Notes: a model not told the origin generated them from the letters alone. DNA of 64,000 nucleotides from Nitrosopumilus sp. (GCA_965214775.1 OZ243974.1:2496001-2560000), one strand, 5' to 3'. Counted from the stretch's first letter, positions 49,238 to 59,793 are shown. Translations and numbers: made by a program.

Positions 49238-50272
49238 ATGCGTACGATGAACTCTGTTGCAACTCTTGGCTCCCACTGCTCGCTACAGGTTCTAAAGGGG
49301 GCAAAAGACGAAGGCCTAAAAACCCTGCTGGTGTGTGAAAAAAAACGCGAAAAACTGTACAAGAGATTTCCGTTTATCGACAGACTAATCTTGGTGGATT
49401 CCTTCAAAGAGATCCTTGATCAGAGATGCCAGGCAGTCTTGGAACAGAATAATGCGGTACTGATCCCACACGGAACCCTGATTGCCCAAATGAGTTCAGA
49501 CGAGATAGAATCCATCAAGACGCCGATTTTCGGAAACAGATGGATTCTCAGGTGGGAATCAGACAGAGGAATGAAGGAAAGGCTCATGAGAGAGGCAAAT
49601 CTTCCAATGCCCAAACCCGTGACCGCTCCACGCGAGATTAAAAAACTGTCAATTGTAAAAAGACAGGGTGCTGCTGGAGGAAAGGGATACTTTATGGCGG
49701 CAAATGAAGACGATTACAATGCAAAAAGAGACCAGCTGATCTCCGAGGGGGTGATCTCCGAAGACGAAGCACTATACATTCAAGAATATGCAGCAGGGGT
49801 ATTGGCTTATTTGACATTCTTTTATTCGCCACTAAAAGAAGAGCTGGAGTTCTACGGCGTTGATCAAAGACATGAATCAGATATCGAGGGCCTGGCAAGA
49901 ATACCTGCCGAACAACAGCTAAAATCAAGCAAGGTTCCATCGTTTAACGTAATAGGCAACAGTCCGCTTGTGTTGCGTGAATCGCTGCTAGACGAGGTTT
50001 ACACCATGGGGGAAAACTTTGTCAAGGCGGCAAAAAGGGTGGTCGCCCCAGGCATGAACGGCCCGTTTTGCATTGAAGGCGTATATGACGAAAATGCAAA
50101 ATTCACATCGTTTGAATTTTCAGCCAGGATCGTGGCAGGATCAAACATCTACATGGACGGCTCCCCATATTACTCTCTGCTATTTGATGAAACGATGAGC
50201 ATGGGAAGGAGGATAGCAAGGGAGATCAGACTTGCATCAGAATCAAACCAAGTAGACAAAATCACTACCTAG
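49238..50272 (+). CDS. purP: PurP-family AICAR formate ligase
   Basis: TLGSHCSL, GGKGYF, GPFCIE, FEFSARIVAG. Confidence 0.9.
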   Translation: MRTMNSVATLGSHCSLQVLKGAKDEGLKTLLVCEKKREKLYKRFPFIDRLILVDSFKEILDQRCQAVLEQNNAVLIPHGTLIAQMSSDEIESIKTPIFGNRWILRWESDRGMKERLMREANLPMPKPVTAPREIKKLSIVKRQGAAGGKGYFMAANEDDYNAKRDQLISEGVISEDEALYIQEYAAGVLAYLTFFYSPLKEELEFYGVDQRHESDIEGLARIPAEQQLKSSKVPSFNVIGNSPLVLRESLLDEVYTMGENFVKAAKRVVAPGMNGPFCIEGVYDENAKFTSFEFSARIVAGSNIYMDGSPYYSLLFDETMSMGRRIAREIRLASESNQVDKITT

Positions 50273-51059
50273 GTTTTGCGGCAACCTCCACTCCGTGCTG
50301 AGACTTTACGATATACTTGTCTCTGATCTTTACACTGACCCAGTCTAGGATCAACACGGTAATCAATACCACCACCATAAAGATTGCAGCCTTGCCATAC
50401 TCGAAGAACTTGATGTAATTGATGATATAGAATCCTATGCCGCCTGCACCAACAAGCCCCAGGATACTGGTCTGCCTGACGTTATAATCAAACATGTAGA
50501 GAACCTGACCCAGCAAATGGGAGGCAGATTCAGGTATTACAACATAACGAACTAGCTGCCATTTTGAGACACCGATGGAGCTTACCGCATCCATGGGATC
50601 TGCATCAATTGATTCGATTGCCTCATACTGTAATTTTGCGACAAATCCTACGGTATACATGATAATTGCAAGGATCCCTGCAAAAGGGCCCAGCCCCACC
50701 ATGATTACAAACAAAATTGCCCATAAAATGGAGGGAAAGGTGCGAATTGCAGCCAGTAATGCGCGGATTGGGGCATAAACGTACTTGCTGTTCAGATTTC
50801 TTGCTGCAAGCAGACTGAGCGGCAGTGCAATTGCAACGCCTACGACTGTTCCAATGAATGCCATCTGAACCGTTTCAATCATTGCCCAAAAAGCAACCGG
50901 CACATGCCTTGGCTCAACTGACAGCATCTCTTCTAAAACGACTCCCAGATTCGGCAGTCCTTTGACAAACTCAACCGGATTTGCCTCCATGTTGTACGAT
51001 GCTACTACAAGCAGGGCAACAATTACGCCAATTATGATGTTATTTTTCGGGGTCATCAT
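50265..51059 (-). CDS. phnE: Phosphonate ABC transporter permease
   Basis: AKL.YEAIE, NVR...LGLVGAGGIG. Confidence 0.9.
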   Translation of the reverse strand: MMTPKNNIIIGVIVALLVVASYNMEANPVEFVKGLPNLGVVLEEMLSVEPRHVPVAFWAMIETVQMAFIGTVVGVAIALPLSLLAARNLNSKYVYAPIRALLAAIRTFPSILWAILFVIMVGLGPFAGILAIIMYTVGFVAKLQYEAIESIDADPMDAVSSIGVSKWQLVRYVVIPESASHLLGQVLYMFDYNVRQTSILGLVGAGGIGFYIINYIKFFEYGKAAIFMVVVLITVLILDWVSVKIRDKYIVKSQHGVEVAAKPR

Positions 51060-51882
51060 CAGAATACATCTCCATGATTTCCTTAACAGTCATGTCGCCG
51101 GTCTGAAAATCAACAATCTTGTCGCCTTCGACGCCAATTTCAAGAATTTTGTGTCCCTCCTTAATCACTGCAACGCGATTTGCGTATTCCAATGCAAGCT
51201 GCATGTCATGATGAACCATGATTGCAGTAAGGTTGATTCTTTTTTGCGCATCAGCTATCAGGTCCATTATCTCCCTGGCAGTCACATGATCAAGCTCGGA
51301 AACAATTTCATCTGCAAGAAGAATTGCCGGTTTTTGCACTAGCGCCCTGGCTATCGCAACCCTTCGTTTTTCACCACCGCTTAACATGTACGCCTTTCTG
51401 TCCTCTTTTCCAGACAATCCGACTTGGCCGATGATTTTTTTGGCATCTGAAACTTCATTTTCCGGGAATTTCTTAAGCATCGATTGAATCTTTCCCAATC
51501 GCGGCAGTGAGCCAATCAGCACGTTTTCTAATACGGTGAGATTTTTTACCAGGCCAAGGTTTTGTGGAATATACCCGATGACATGCATCATTTTTTTGAA
51601 TTTTTTGTCTTTCATGTTTGGAGTCATGTAATCAATCTTGATTGCTCCGTTGCTAGGAATCATCATCCCGTTCATCAATTTCAACAATGTGGATTTTCCA
51701 GAACCTGACTGGCCAACTATTGCATAGTTTGTCCCCCTGTCAATTGAGAGGTTGACGTGTTCCAGGGCAAGATTTTTCGAGTCATATGACGTAGAGACAT
51801 CGTTCATCTGAATGATCTTCCTAGTAGAGATTGATGAAAAGGGGGGAGGAGGAGGAATATCAGTCATCTGAATTTGTTTCAT
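51040..51882 (-). CDS. phnC: Phosphonate ABC transporter ATPase
   Basis: GQSGSGKST, LSGGE, LADE. Confidence 0.9.
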   Translation of the reverse strand: MKQIQMTDIPPPPPFSSISTRKIIQMNDVSTSYDSKNLALEHVNLSIDRGTNYAIVGQSGSGKSTLLKLMNGMMIPSNGAIKIDYMTPNMKDKKFKKMMHVIGYIPQNLGLVKNLTVLENVLIGSLPRLGKIQSMLKKFPENEVSDAKKIIGQVGLSGKEDRKAYMLSGGEKRRVAIARALVQKPAILLADEIVSELDHVTAREIMDLIADAQKRINLTAIMVHHDMQLALEYANRVAVIKEGHKILEIGVEGDKIVDFQTGDMTVKEIMEMYSDDDPEK

Positions 51883-51899
51883 GTTCAGATATCCAGCTT

Positions 51900-53006
51900 T
51901 TATTTGCTCTTGTTGTATTTGTCTAGGATCAACTGATCAAGGCCTGTCAATGCTGTGATGAAGGTGCCAAATTCGCCAATGTGCATGGTAGTCGTCGTAG
52001 GAACAAGCGCTTCTGCACCATACAGGTTCTGCAGAATGTAATTGTGCTCGTCATAATTGAGCTCGATTAACGCGTCAACCAGTGCGCTTTTGGTGGAATC
52101 TGACATGTCTGCACCAACCATGAATACGTGGGAAGGAACCGGACCGATTGTGGTAACTGGACGCAGTTTCTTTTGATCTTCTAATTCAAGGTATTTTGCA
52201 GGTGCAATGTCTGAGCCAAATGCAACATCGACGTTTCCGTTTAGGAGCAACTCAAGTGCTGCCTTGTATCCGCCGGCAAAAGTATAACTTTCAAAGTTCC
52301 TTGCCAGGGCAGATTCCAATGCAACGATGTCGTCTCCTTCGATTGCCACATGGCCTTCAGTCACCAGGGTTCCCATCGGCCTGACAAAACCAGAGGAGCC
52401 TGTAATGCTTGTAAATGCGACTTTTTTGCCGACTGTATCTTCTATTGTTTGAAGAGAGTCATTGTCAGCTAACGTCCAAACTGTCGCCTGATAATTTACC
52501 TTGCCCTTGACAAGTTCGGCCAAGACTGCTTCGGCCCCAGATCTCTCATGGGCAATCCATGCAGGACCGGTATCCATAAAGGCAGCATCAATGTGGCCGA
52601 ACTTCATCCCTTCAATTATTGCCTCATAGTTGGTTGGCACAACGATTTTAACATCAACACTCAATTTGTCCTCAAGAAACTGCTCTAAAACTTCTGCTTT
52701 GGGGGTCAATTCGTCGGCTTTTTCAACTGGAATAAAACCGATTGTTAGCGTATCGACGTCAACGGATTTTGAACCAGATGAAACGTTGATTATGCCGTTT
52801 TCTACAAGAAACTCGATTCCGTTTAGAAAAGTCGCATCGTCTACGGCGCCCTCTGCCCACCAGCCGGCATTGGTTTTAATCCATTCAGGAAGAGAACTCT
52901 GTGCTTGGACTGTCTGTGTAACTGGAATCGTTGCCATGCCAACAGCTGCTACTACTGCAAATACAACAGCAATTGCCATGAATGACTTTTGTTTCATGAT
53001 TGTCAA
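51900..53006 (-). CDS. phnD: Phosphate/phosphite/phosphonate-binding protein with N-terminal thaumarchaeal PxWIK..AGWW domain
   Basis: IGFIP, YEAII, S.SG..P; in an operon with phnC and phnE. Confidence 0.88.
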   Translation of the reverse strand: MTIMKQKSFMAIAVVFAVVAAVGMATIPVTQTVQAQSSLPEWIKTNAGWWAEGAVDDATFLNGIEFLVENGIINVSSGSKSVDVDTLTIGFIPVEKADELTPKAEVLEQFLEDKLSVDVKIVVPTNYEAIIEGMKFGHIDAAFMDTGPAWIAHERSGAEAVLAELVKGKVNYQATVWTLADNDSLQTIEDTVGKKVAFTSITGSSGFVRPMGTLVTEGHVAIEGDDIVALESALARNFESYTFAGGYKAALELLLNGNVDVAFGSDIAPAKYLELEDQKKLRPVTTIGPVPSHVFMVGADMSDSTKSALVDALIELNYDEHNYILQNLYGAEALVPTTTTMHIGEFGTFITALTGLDQLILDKYNKSK

Positions 53007-53187
53007 TTGGATTAGGTCTAGCTAAATTATTTAAACGAGGTTCTCATTCCAAACTGTCGTTCTAAATCAATAGAATGAAAACAAATGTGTTATTTTTATG
53101 TGGATGGCATCTTCGTCACCTTCATCTTCTTTAACACCAGGGTCTCGTTTTTCATGACAATTCTTGCAAACAGTCTGAACGTGTTCT

Positions 53188-53270
53188 GAAAGCCGTTTCT
53201 AATTTTAGGCATAAATTCTATTTTGATCGGCATTCGTTAGTGACAAAATTCATGGCTGAACCTCCAGAGC
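53188..53270. repeat. Dispersed repeat family E, copy 2
   Basis: Shares the core with the copy at 16315. Confidence 0.65.
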
Positions 53271-53294
53271 CCGACTCGATACAGCAAACATCCA

Positions 53295-53904
53295 TTACCT
53301 TTCCCGAATAGTGTAATTTCTCCGCGTTCCTTCTCTTGGGTCTGCATATCCTCTGCTCTGATGCATCTGTCAGACAGACAAGTTTTGGTGGCAATACGTC
53401 CATTAGATCCTCTGCTGAGGAGATTCTCTTGGTGCCCGAACAGATCTTTTCGGGGATCGAATACACTTTGAGAGCCGGCGCAATCCTGTCAATTGTGCGC
53501 GATACTGATGCCTGCTGTCTGATGCCAAACATGGCAGATTCCATGTCTTACATGACGCATGTCCTGTAGTAGAACATGGACAGCAGCAAAAGTAGGCTCT
53601 TCTCTAGGTTGGGGCAGACGGGTTTCCTGCACCGATGATGTCACGCTTGCGGCCTTTTTTGGCAGAAAGCAGCAAAATCTCTTTTTGCCCATCATTGGGT
53701 GTTTTCTTTTCTGCCTCCCTTGCACGCAACAAATCAAATTCGGGGGCGGCCATTCCGGCAAACATCGTCTTGAATGTCCGGGAGTTTCTTGCCAATCTAT
53801 CAAACAGTTTCACGGATTGCATATGTTTTGCCGGCATTTGGATCGGTTTGACATGCCATATTAGTGCCCATTTGATCAAAATTTGCTAATTTCGAATCAA
53901 CTCT
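53295..53904 (-). mobile_element. IS5 (family A) 5' half, frameshifted and truncated
   Basis: Left TIR at 53886-53904; homologous to 6626-7215. Confidence 0.88.
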
Positions 53905-53945
53905 ACGTATCGAATTTTAAACATGGACGTGTGTTATTGTCACAC

Positions 53946-54077
53946 GGGGGTTGTTTCCTAATTCCACCTGCCTGACTCAGTCTATGTTTTTCTGAATTTC
54001 TGCCCTTTTTGCACGCCTGATCCGTGTGGCATCTCAACGATTTTCAGGAATTCTGGCAAATTAGGAAAACAACCCCT
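53946..54077. mobile_element. Family-D MITE (132 bp)
   Basis: GGGGGTTGTTTCCTAATT ... AATTAGGAAAACAACCCCT. Confidence 0.75.
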
Positions 54078-54182
54078 GTCATACGTGTCGTCCATAGAAC
54101 CGGGAACGAGTTTTGACATACGATTCAATTACAGGTTTCGTCTTTGGATGAATCATTTTGTCAGTAATTTTCCAGACGCAGC

Positions 54183-54533
54183 CTACATGCCTGATTTCGG
54201 ATTATCCGTGTTTGGGTAGAGGTTAAGACTGGGCTCCAAATCATCCAAAGTGATTTCCACCTTGCCTATTCTGCTTCGATACAGTTTGATTTTTTTGCCT
54301 TCAGGGGAAATAACAAACCTGTCTATCTCGGCTAATGCCAAATCCTCCAACGTTGACAAAGTCTTGTATACGGTTGAAATTGAAATTTTCAGCTCATCGG
54401 CAATCTGTGTTGCGTCTTTGGATTCTTTTTTGACTGAAAACAGGACTGAGCGAGTGCAAACATTACTGAGGGATTCTATGATTTTTTGAGTAATGTCGAA
54501 TTCCGATAACTGAATTATGTTGGGTTTTGACAT
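54183..54533 (-). CDS. ArsR-like wHTH regulator
   Basis: IADELKISISTVYKTL, G.K.KLYRS. Confidence 0.85.
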   Translation of the reverse strand: MSKPNIIQLSEFDITQKIIESLSNVCTRSVLFSVKKESKDATQIADELKISISTVYKTLSTLEDLALAEIDRFVISPEGKKIKLYRSRIGKVEITLDDLEPSLNLYPNTDNPKSGM

Positions 54534-54540
54534 GGAATCA

Positions 54541-54873
54541 TCACTTGTTTGGAATTAATGTTAATGAAGGTTCGGGCTTTTTTATCGAAATGTCGGCCTT
54601 GCTGATTCGGCTCCGATAAACTTTGTATTTTCTGCCTTTGTCAGACAACATCCATTTTTCGACTTTGATTAATGTCAGCTCTTCAAGATCAGCGATTTTT
54701 TTGTATACGGAACTGAGAGGGATTTTTAATTTGTCAGACAGTTCGGCAGCCGTGTTCCCTTTTCGAATAATGGAAAACAAAATAGCTCTTGACTCGGTGT
54801 CTGCCAATGCTTCTATCACCTTTTGGGTTGTATCGTATTTTTTTAATTGAGGTAGTGTTAATTTCCTTGACAT
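54541..54873 (-). CDS. ArsR-like wHTH regulator (paralog of its neighbour)
   Basis: LSDKLKIPLSSVYKK, GRKYKVYRS. Confidence 0.85.
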   Translation of the reverse strand: MSRKLTLPQLKKYDTTQKVIEALADTESRAILFSIIRKGNTAAELSDKLKIPLSSVYKKIADLEELTLIKVEKWMLSDKGRKYKVYRSRISKADISIKKPEPSLTLIPNK

Positions 54874-54944
54874 TTAATTCCAAAGACGCCAAGACATATT
54901 TAAACGAAATCTTCTTTTGTTCTCATTCTGTGGATTTAGAACAA

Positions 54945-55676
54945 CTAGTTGTAAGATTCGGAAGTTTGTATGTGGGGTCTGAATTTGTTCCAAAACAAAC
55001 CCAGAATCACTCCTACTGAAACCCAAAACGAGGACACGCCGATTACTGACATCAGCCTAAATTCGTTTACCAAATCCATGGGTGCGGTTATTTCATCAGG
55101 GTTTTCCGGCATTGCAAAAAATATACAAGATGTAAATGCAATATAGCCGATTAATGCAATGAATTTTTTGCTTGATTTGAATTTCTTTGATAATTGATAG
55201 AATCCAACTGCGCCAAATCCAGAGATTGCAACAAATGACACATACAAAATTGCACGAAGTACAACTGTTTCACCGTCGCCTACCGTTGGAGGATTTGCAG
55301 GATATTTCAGAAAAGGAATAAGATATAGCGTAAACCACATGATTCCAGCAAGCAAGAATGCCTTTTTTACATCCGTGCCTCCTGGCAAAGATTTTCTAGA
55401 CAATGCGTAAACTATTCCAAACAAGGCACCTACAGAGGTTCCCAAAACCACGCCTGCAAGAATTTGACCGCTCTTTTGCCATGTCCTGTATCCCTCATAT
55501 TCGACCCAAAATTCAGGGGTATCTTCAGCTTCGCCTGACTCAAACATGTTTTGATTTTCAATTCCAATTGCTTGATCCAGATACGGCTCAACAATGGCAA
55601 AGTTTACCGCGCCGTGAACCAAGCCTGCCAGGGCGCCTGAAATTAAAACAATAACTATGAACAAGGCAGTTTTCAT
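54945..55676 (-). CDS. cbtA: CbtA-family probable cobalt transporter subunit
   Basis: P.LKYPANPP.VG motif; multiple TM segments. Confidence 0.85.
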   Translation of the reverse strand: MKTALFIVIVLISGALAGLVHGAVNFAIVEPYLDQAIGIENQNMFESGEAEDTPEFWVEYEGYRTWQKSGQILAGVVLGTSVGALFGIVYALSRKSLPGGTDVKKAFLLAGIMWFTLYLIPFLKYPANPPTVGDGETVVLRAILYVSFVAISGFGAVGFYQLSKKFKSSKKFIALIGYIAFTSCIFFAMPENPDEITAPMDLVNEFRLMSVIGVSSFWVSVGVILGLFWNKFRPHIQTSESYN

Positions 55677-55693
55677 GTTTTCTCACTATTCAT

Positions 55694-55909
55694 CTAATGA
55701 CAAGGAAAGCCTGCTGCATGTCTCATGTCGTGAGTCAGTTCATGAATGTACAGGTCAATAAATGCCTGCTCGCCATAAACGAGGCTAAAGATGTGTCCTT
55801 GGTCAAATACTACTACAAACAATCCCGTTGCAAAGACAACTCCCAATACAAAGATTGCCAGTTTTGATACGCCAGTTTTTGATACGATGGCTTGTCTTGA
55901 TTCAGACAT
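55694..55909 (-). CDS. cbtB: CbtB-family subunit
   Basis: C-terminal HE..HD.RH..GFPCH. Confidence 0.9.
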   Translation of the reverse strand: MSESRQAIVSKTGVSKLAIFVLGVVFATGLFVVVFDQGHIFSLVYGEQAFIDLYIHELTHDMRHAAGFPCH

Positions 55910-56068
55910 AAAAGACATGATTCTCTGAATATATTTAAGCTCTTGGTTAAGGGTAAATTTCATCAAAATACCGTGATTTTCTCAAATTGTCGGTTTGAAT
56001 CATGTGATGGTGATACGCACGAAACTGTTTTTCCGTCTCTCCGTCTCTCTCCGTTTATCCATCTGCAT

Positions 56069-56160
56069 GTCTTGCCACAAATGCCAGGTAATTTCAGACG
56101 CGGTACGGGACACTTTTGGCTATTTGCCAAATACCACAAGGCCAAAATCACGCAAATTGC
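56069..56160. repeat. Dispersed repeat family H, copy 2
   Basis: Matches the copy at 4864. Confidence 0.7.
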
Positions 56161-56185
56161 AATGCAGGCACATACATCGTGGCAG

Positions 56186-56274
56186 TAGTGCGGACGTCAA
56201 AAAATGGATCATGGTTTTGACACACTGCCTATTTCATTAAAAAGACAACCTGGTATCAACCGTACGCCACACTA
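56186..56274 (+). mobile_element. Family-C MITE, diverged
   Basis: TAGTGCGGACGTCAAAAAATGGA ... CACTA. Confidence 0.7.
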
Positions 56275-56340
56275 CGGCACGCATCATATCGGTGTTGCAG
56301 TCCTGTAACGGCATGACTTCGTCCGGCAGCAAACACAAGG

Positions 56341-56527
56341 AGAGACGATTCGAAATCAAGAGCCGTGCAAATGCCGGGATTTTTCTGCAGATACAACATC
56401 TGTCATGCAAGCAAGCAGGCAAGCAGGCAAGCAGGTTCACAGACAACCTGCCGTTTGCAGGCATCTTGATCTGTTGACACAGGTTCGCTTGTGCATGTTT
56501 GGAATCTGCTGATTTCAAATCAGCCCC
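56341..56527. mobile_element. Family-A MITE (long type) with an internal GCAAGCAG expansion
   Basis: AGAGACGATTCGAAAT ... ATTTCAAATCAGCCCC. Confidence 0.7.
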
Positions 56528-56710
56528 CAGACGTCTTAAACGGCATGGGTGGGAACAGCACTGCAATTTCTGAAGAATCATAAAAAGCAAGCACCAATCA
56601 AACACAATAAAACGTGCAAGAAATGACCGAATCCATGACCGTCAATCAAAATCAATTCCGAAAATGTTTCAACTCTCAAGGTATTTACCTGAAATCCTTT
56701 TTCAAAAATC

Positions 56711-57352
56711 ATGTCAAGGGCTTACTTGGTAATTCCAATTACCGTGGGAATTATCGCAGGATTGTTTTTGGCATTCCATTCTGAATCAAAAAACGAGCCA
56801 AAATTATTGACAGAGTCCAATCTTATTGGGAATGGATCTCCGGTTTTGGGGAATCCAAATGCCCCAATCACTATTTTGGAATGGGGGGATTACCAGTGCA
56901 CTTTTTGTTACAGATTCCATCAAAATACCCTGGATGCAATCAATAAAGATTTCATCCAGGCAGGAAAAGTAAAGCTTGTTTTCAAAGATTTCCCGCTAAA
57001 CGGACCTGACTCACTGCTGGCAGCTGAAGCGTCATACTGTGCCGAGGACCAAGGAAGATATTGGCAATATCACGACGAATTGTACGAAAACTGGGGAGGA
57101 GAAAGGACAGGATGGATCACAAGAAGCACTCTTGCCGAATTTGCCCAAAATGTCAATTTGGATACTGAGGAATTCAACAGCTGTCTGGATGAGAAAAAAC
57201 ATCAGAACAAGGTTGTTGCCATTCACGAGTACGGCAAAGAAATTGGGATTGATGCCACGCCGTCTTTTCTGGTATTCAATGACGAGAAAATCATCAAGAT
57301 TAGAGGAAATCAGCCTTTGGAGGTTTTTTTGAAGGCCATAGATGGCCTCTAG
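56711..57352 (+). CDS. DsbA-family thiol-disulfide oxidoreductase
   Basis: DYQCTFC, DFPL, ATPSF. Confidence 0.9.
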   Translation: MSRAYLVIPITVGIIAGLFLAFHSESKNEPKLLTESNLIGNGSPVLGNPNAPITILEWGDYQCTFCYRFHQNTLDAINKDFIQAGKVKLVFKDFPLNGPDSLLAAEASYCAEDQGRYWQYHDELYENWGGERTGWITRSTLAEFAQNVNLDTEEFNSCLDEKKHQNKVVAIHEYGKEIGIDATPSFLVFNDEKIIKIRGNQPLEVFLKAIDGL

Positions 57353-57395
57353 TCAAAACAATCAAAATTAATACAGCATAGAGAGGAAAAAACAG

Positions 57396-58685
57396 ATGGG
57401 TAAAATCGACATCCAGAAGCAAGACTCGGTAAAACTTTACAAAATTAGAAAAACGCTGGAGGAACTGTCGCAAAAATCAGGCAGAGGCACCGAATTAATC
57501 ACGGTGTACATTCCAAAAGGCAAGCAGCTTCACGAGATCATAGGAATGCTACAGCAAGAGCAAGGAACGGCTAGCAACATCAAGTCAGACTTTACAAGAT
57601 CACACGTGGTTGATTCGTTAGGAAAGGTCGTTCAGAGATTAAAGCTGTACAAAAAAATTCCAGAGAGGGGATTGGTAATGTTTTGTGGCGCATTGCCTCC
57701 CGAGGAGGGAGGGCCGCTTGGAAGCGAGATTGTGACTGTTTGGGAGGTTGATCCCCCAAAAGATCTGAACCAGTATCTTTACCGATGCGATGATCATTTC
57801 CACGTGGACATCCTAAAGGACATGCTAAAAGACGACAATCTGATCGGATTTTTGGCAATTGACTCCAAGGACGCCGGTTGGGGGTTGTTGCACGGAGACA
57901 AAATCGAGGTTTTGGGTCAGACCGGTTCGGGTGTTGCAGGAAAACACAGGCAGGGAGGGCAATCTGCAAAGAGATTCCAAAAACTTCGGGAGATGGAATT
58001 GACATATTATTTTAACAGAGTCGCTCAGGTCACAAGAGAGTATTTTATTGACATCTATCCCGTCAAGGGGTTGATCATTTCGGGCCCGGGACCGACCAAG
58101 GAAGACTTTATCAACGGAAACTATCTGGAGTACAGGTTGCAAAACAACATCATTGCAACAATAGACGCATCATACTCCGGAGCAGAAGGAATCAGGGAGG
58201 CCTTTGCAAAATCATCAGACGTCTTGGGAGATTTTAGAATGGTTGAAGAGAAGAAACTTGTTGATGATTTGTTCAGAGAGATCAACGGAAATACGGGAAA
58301 AGGCTCCTACGGATTAAGCGAGGTAATAGAATTTCTCAAAAACAACATGGTACAAACCCTCATCATCAATGACAACACCAATCTGACTAGAATCGAGGCA
58401 AAATGCAAGAGATGCCAGAATACAAGAGAAGAGATTCTGGAAAGGCCGCTGGTAATTCCCAAAAAAACAGAATTTGCAAACAATCCCTGTCCCAGCTGCA
58501 AAGCCATGGAAGTAGAGGTAACAGAGCAGGACGTCGTAGACTATCTGGAGTTGCTTGCAACTAAAACCGGCTCTCAGTTAGAAGTGATATCTGGCAGTGC
58601 AGAGCACGGGCACATGCTTGAGAGCCTTGGCAAAATTGGCGCAATCCTGAGATATAATCCCGGACACAGCACACATGCGCGCTAA
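57396..58685 (+). CDS. prf1: Peptide chain release factor aRF1
   Basis: NIKS, YRCD, GGQ. Confidence 0.96.
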   Translation: MGKIDIQKQDSVKLYKIRKTLEELSQKSGRGTELITVYIPKGKQLHEIIGMLQQEQGTASNIKSDFTRSHVVDSLGKVVQRLKLYKKIPERGLVMFCGALPPEEGGPLGSEIVTVWEVDPPKDLNQYLYRCDDHFHVDILKDMLKDDNLIGFLAIDSKDAGWGLLHGDKIEVLGQTGSGVAGKHRQGGQSAKRFQKLREMELTYYFNRVAQVTREYFIDIYPVKGLIISGPGPTKEDFINGNYLEYRLQNNIIATIDASYSGAEGIREAFAKSSDVLGDFRMVEEKKLVDDLFREINGNTGKGSYGLSEVIEFLKNNMVQTLIINDNTNLTRIEAKCKRCQNTREEILERPLVIPKKTEFANNPCPSCKAMEVEVTEQDVVDYLELLATKTGSQLEVISGSAEHGHMLESLGKIGAILRYNPGHSTHAR

Positions 58686-59092
58686 CAACTAAGCGATTCT
58701 TTGATCTTTGATGCAAGGTCGTGCAGTTCTTGTTTGTTTGAGATCTGTCTTTTTGTCCAAATTGTTCCCTTGCTGTTATATCGAGGAATGATATGAATGT
58801 GCACGTGGGGAACGATTTGTCTTGCAGCCCTTCCATTGTTCTGTCCCAGACTAAACGCATCAGCACCGGTTGCCTCTAGGATGGCACTTGCGATTTTTGG
58901 AACAATCGAAAACAGGCTTCCTACCTCTTGAGAATCCATATCGGTAATTCGCTCGTAGTGTTTTTGAGGAATGACAAGGGCATGTCCGACATCAATTGGG
59001 TATTTGTCTAAAAATGCAGCGTGGTGTTGATCCTTGTAAAGAAAATGACCATCTTGTTTTCCGTCCAATATCTCACAAAAAATGCATGCCAT
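58682..59092 (-). CDS. HIT family hydrolase
   Basis: CIFC, HVHIH. Confidence 0.92.
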   Translation of the reverse strand: MACIFCEILDGKQDGHFLYKDQHHAAFLDKYPIDVGHALVIPQKHYERITDMDSQEVGSLFSIVPKIASAILEATGADAFSLGQNNGRAARQIVPHVHIHIIPRYNSKGTIWTKRQISNKQELHDLASKIKESLSC

Positions 59093-59190
59093 AAATTTTC
59101 CAGTACCTGATTTTATTTATTGCTTTTAATCAAAACAAAGAGGAATCAAAAAACATCGAATGGTTAATTAGGGCAAATTTTTGAGTTTGA

Positions 59191-59793
59191 TTGACTATGG
59201 GCCGAAAAGAAAGGCGTGCACGAGAGCAAAAACGTGAAAACTTTGCGACAAAACACAAGACCCAGCAAAGAAAGCAGACAATGATTGCAGCCGGCGTTTT
59301 GGGAGTCATCGCAGTCATTGTCGGATATTCGGCAATTCTGTTTATGGATATTTCAGATTCGGCCGTAGGAGGCCCAGAAAATGCAGGTGCACTAGGAAGT
59401 GACCACGCACATGCGGCATTATTGGTAAAAATATTCGGAGACCGGTTTGACTTTTCAGCTCCGGCATACCAGATCAAATCCAGCTGGATTCACTTTGAGG
59501 GAAGGGATGGCTCTACAATTCACAAGCATGCAACAGGCGTCACACTCGGGTATCTCTTTGAGACACTGTCTCTCGGGCTAGATGACCAGTGCTTTGAATT
59601 CCAGGACGGCAGGAGTTTCTGTACCAATGAAGAGTACAAACTGGTCTTTTACATCAACGGGCAACAGGTATCAGACATCAGGAACTATGAAATCATGGAA
59701 GATGACAGAATTCTTATTTCATACGGTGCTCAAACGCCTGAAGAACTCGAGGGACAGCTGCTGGAATTAGAAAACCAAATACTGATCAAATAG
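59191..59793 (+). CDS. Membrane-anchored His-motif protein
   Basis: TM segment, then H.HA, IHFE, IHKH. Confidence 0.75.
   Translation: MTMGRKERRAREQKRENFATKHKTQQRKQTMIAAGVLGVIAVIVGYSAILFMDISDSAVGGPENAGALGSDHAHAALLVKIFGDRFDFSAPAYQIKSSWIHFEGRDGSTIHKHATGVTLGYLFETLSLGLDDQCFEFQDGRSFCTNEEYKLVFYINGQQVSDIRNYEIMEDDRILISYGAQTPEELEGQLLELENQILIK

Noticed and set aside
55970-56700. Cobalamin riboswitch upstream of cbtBA
   Set aside because: No B12-box recognised; the region is explained by repeats H, C and A, and a TATA-like box lies close to the cbtB start
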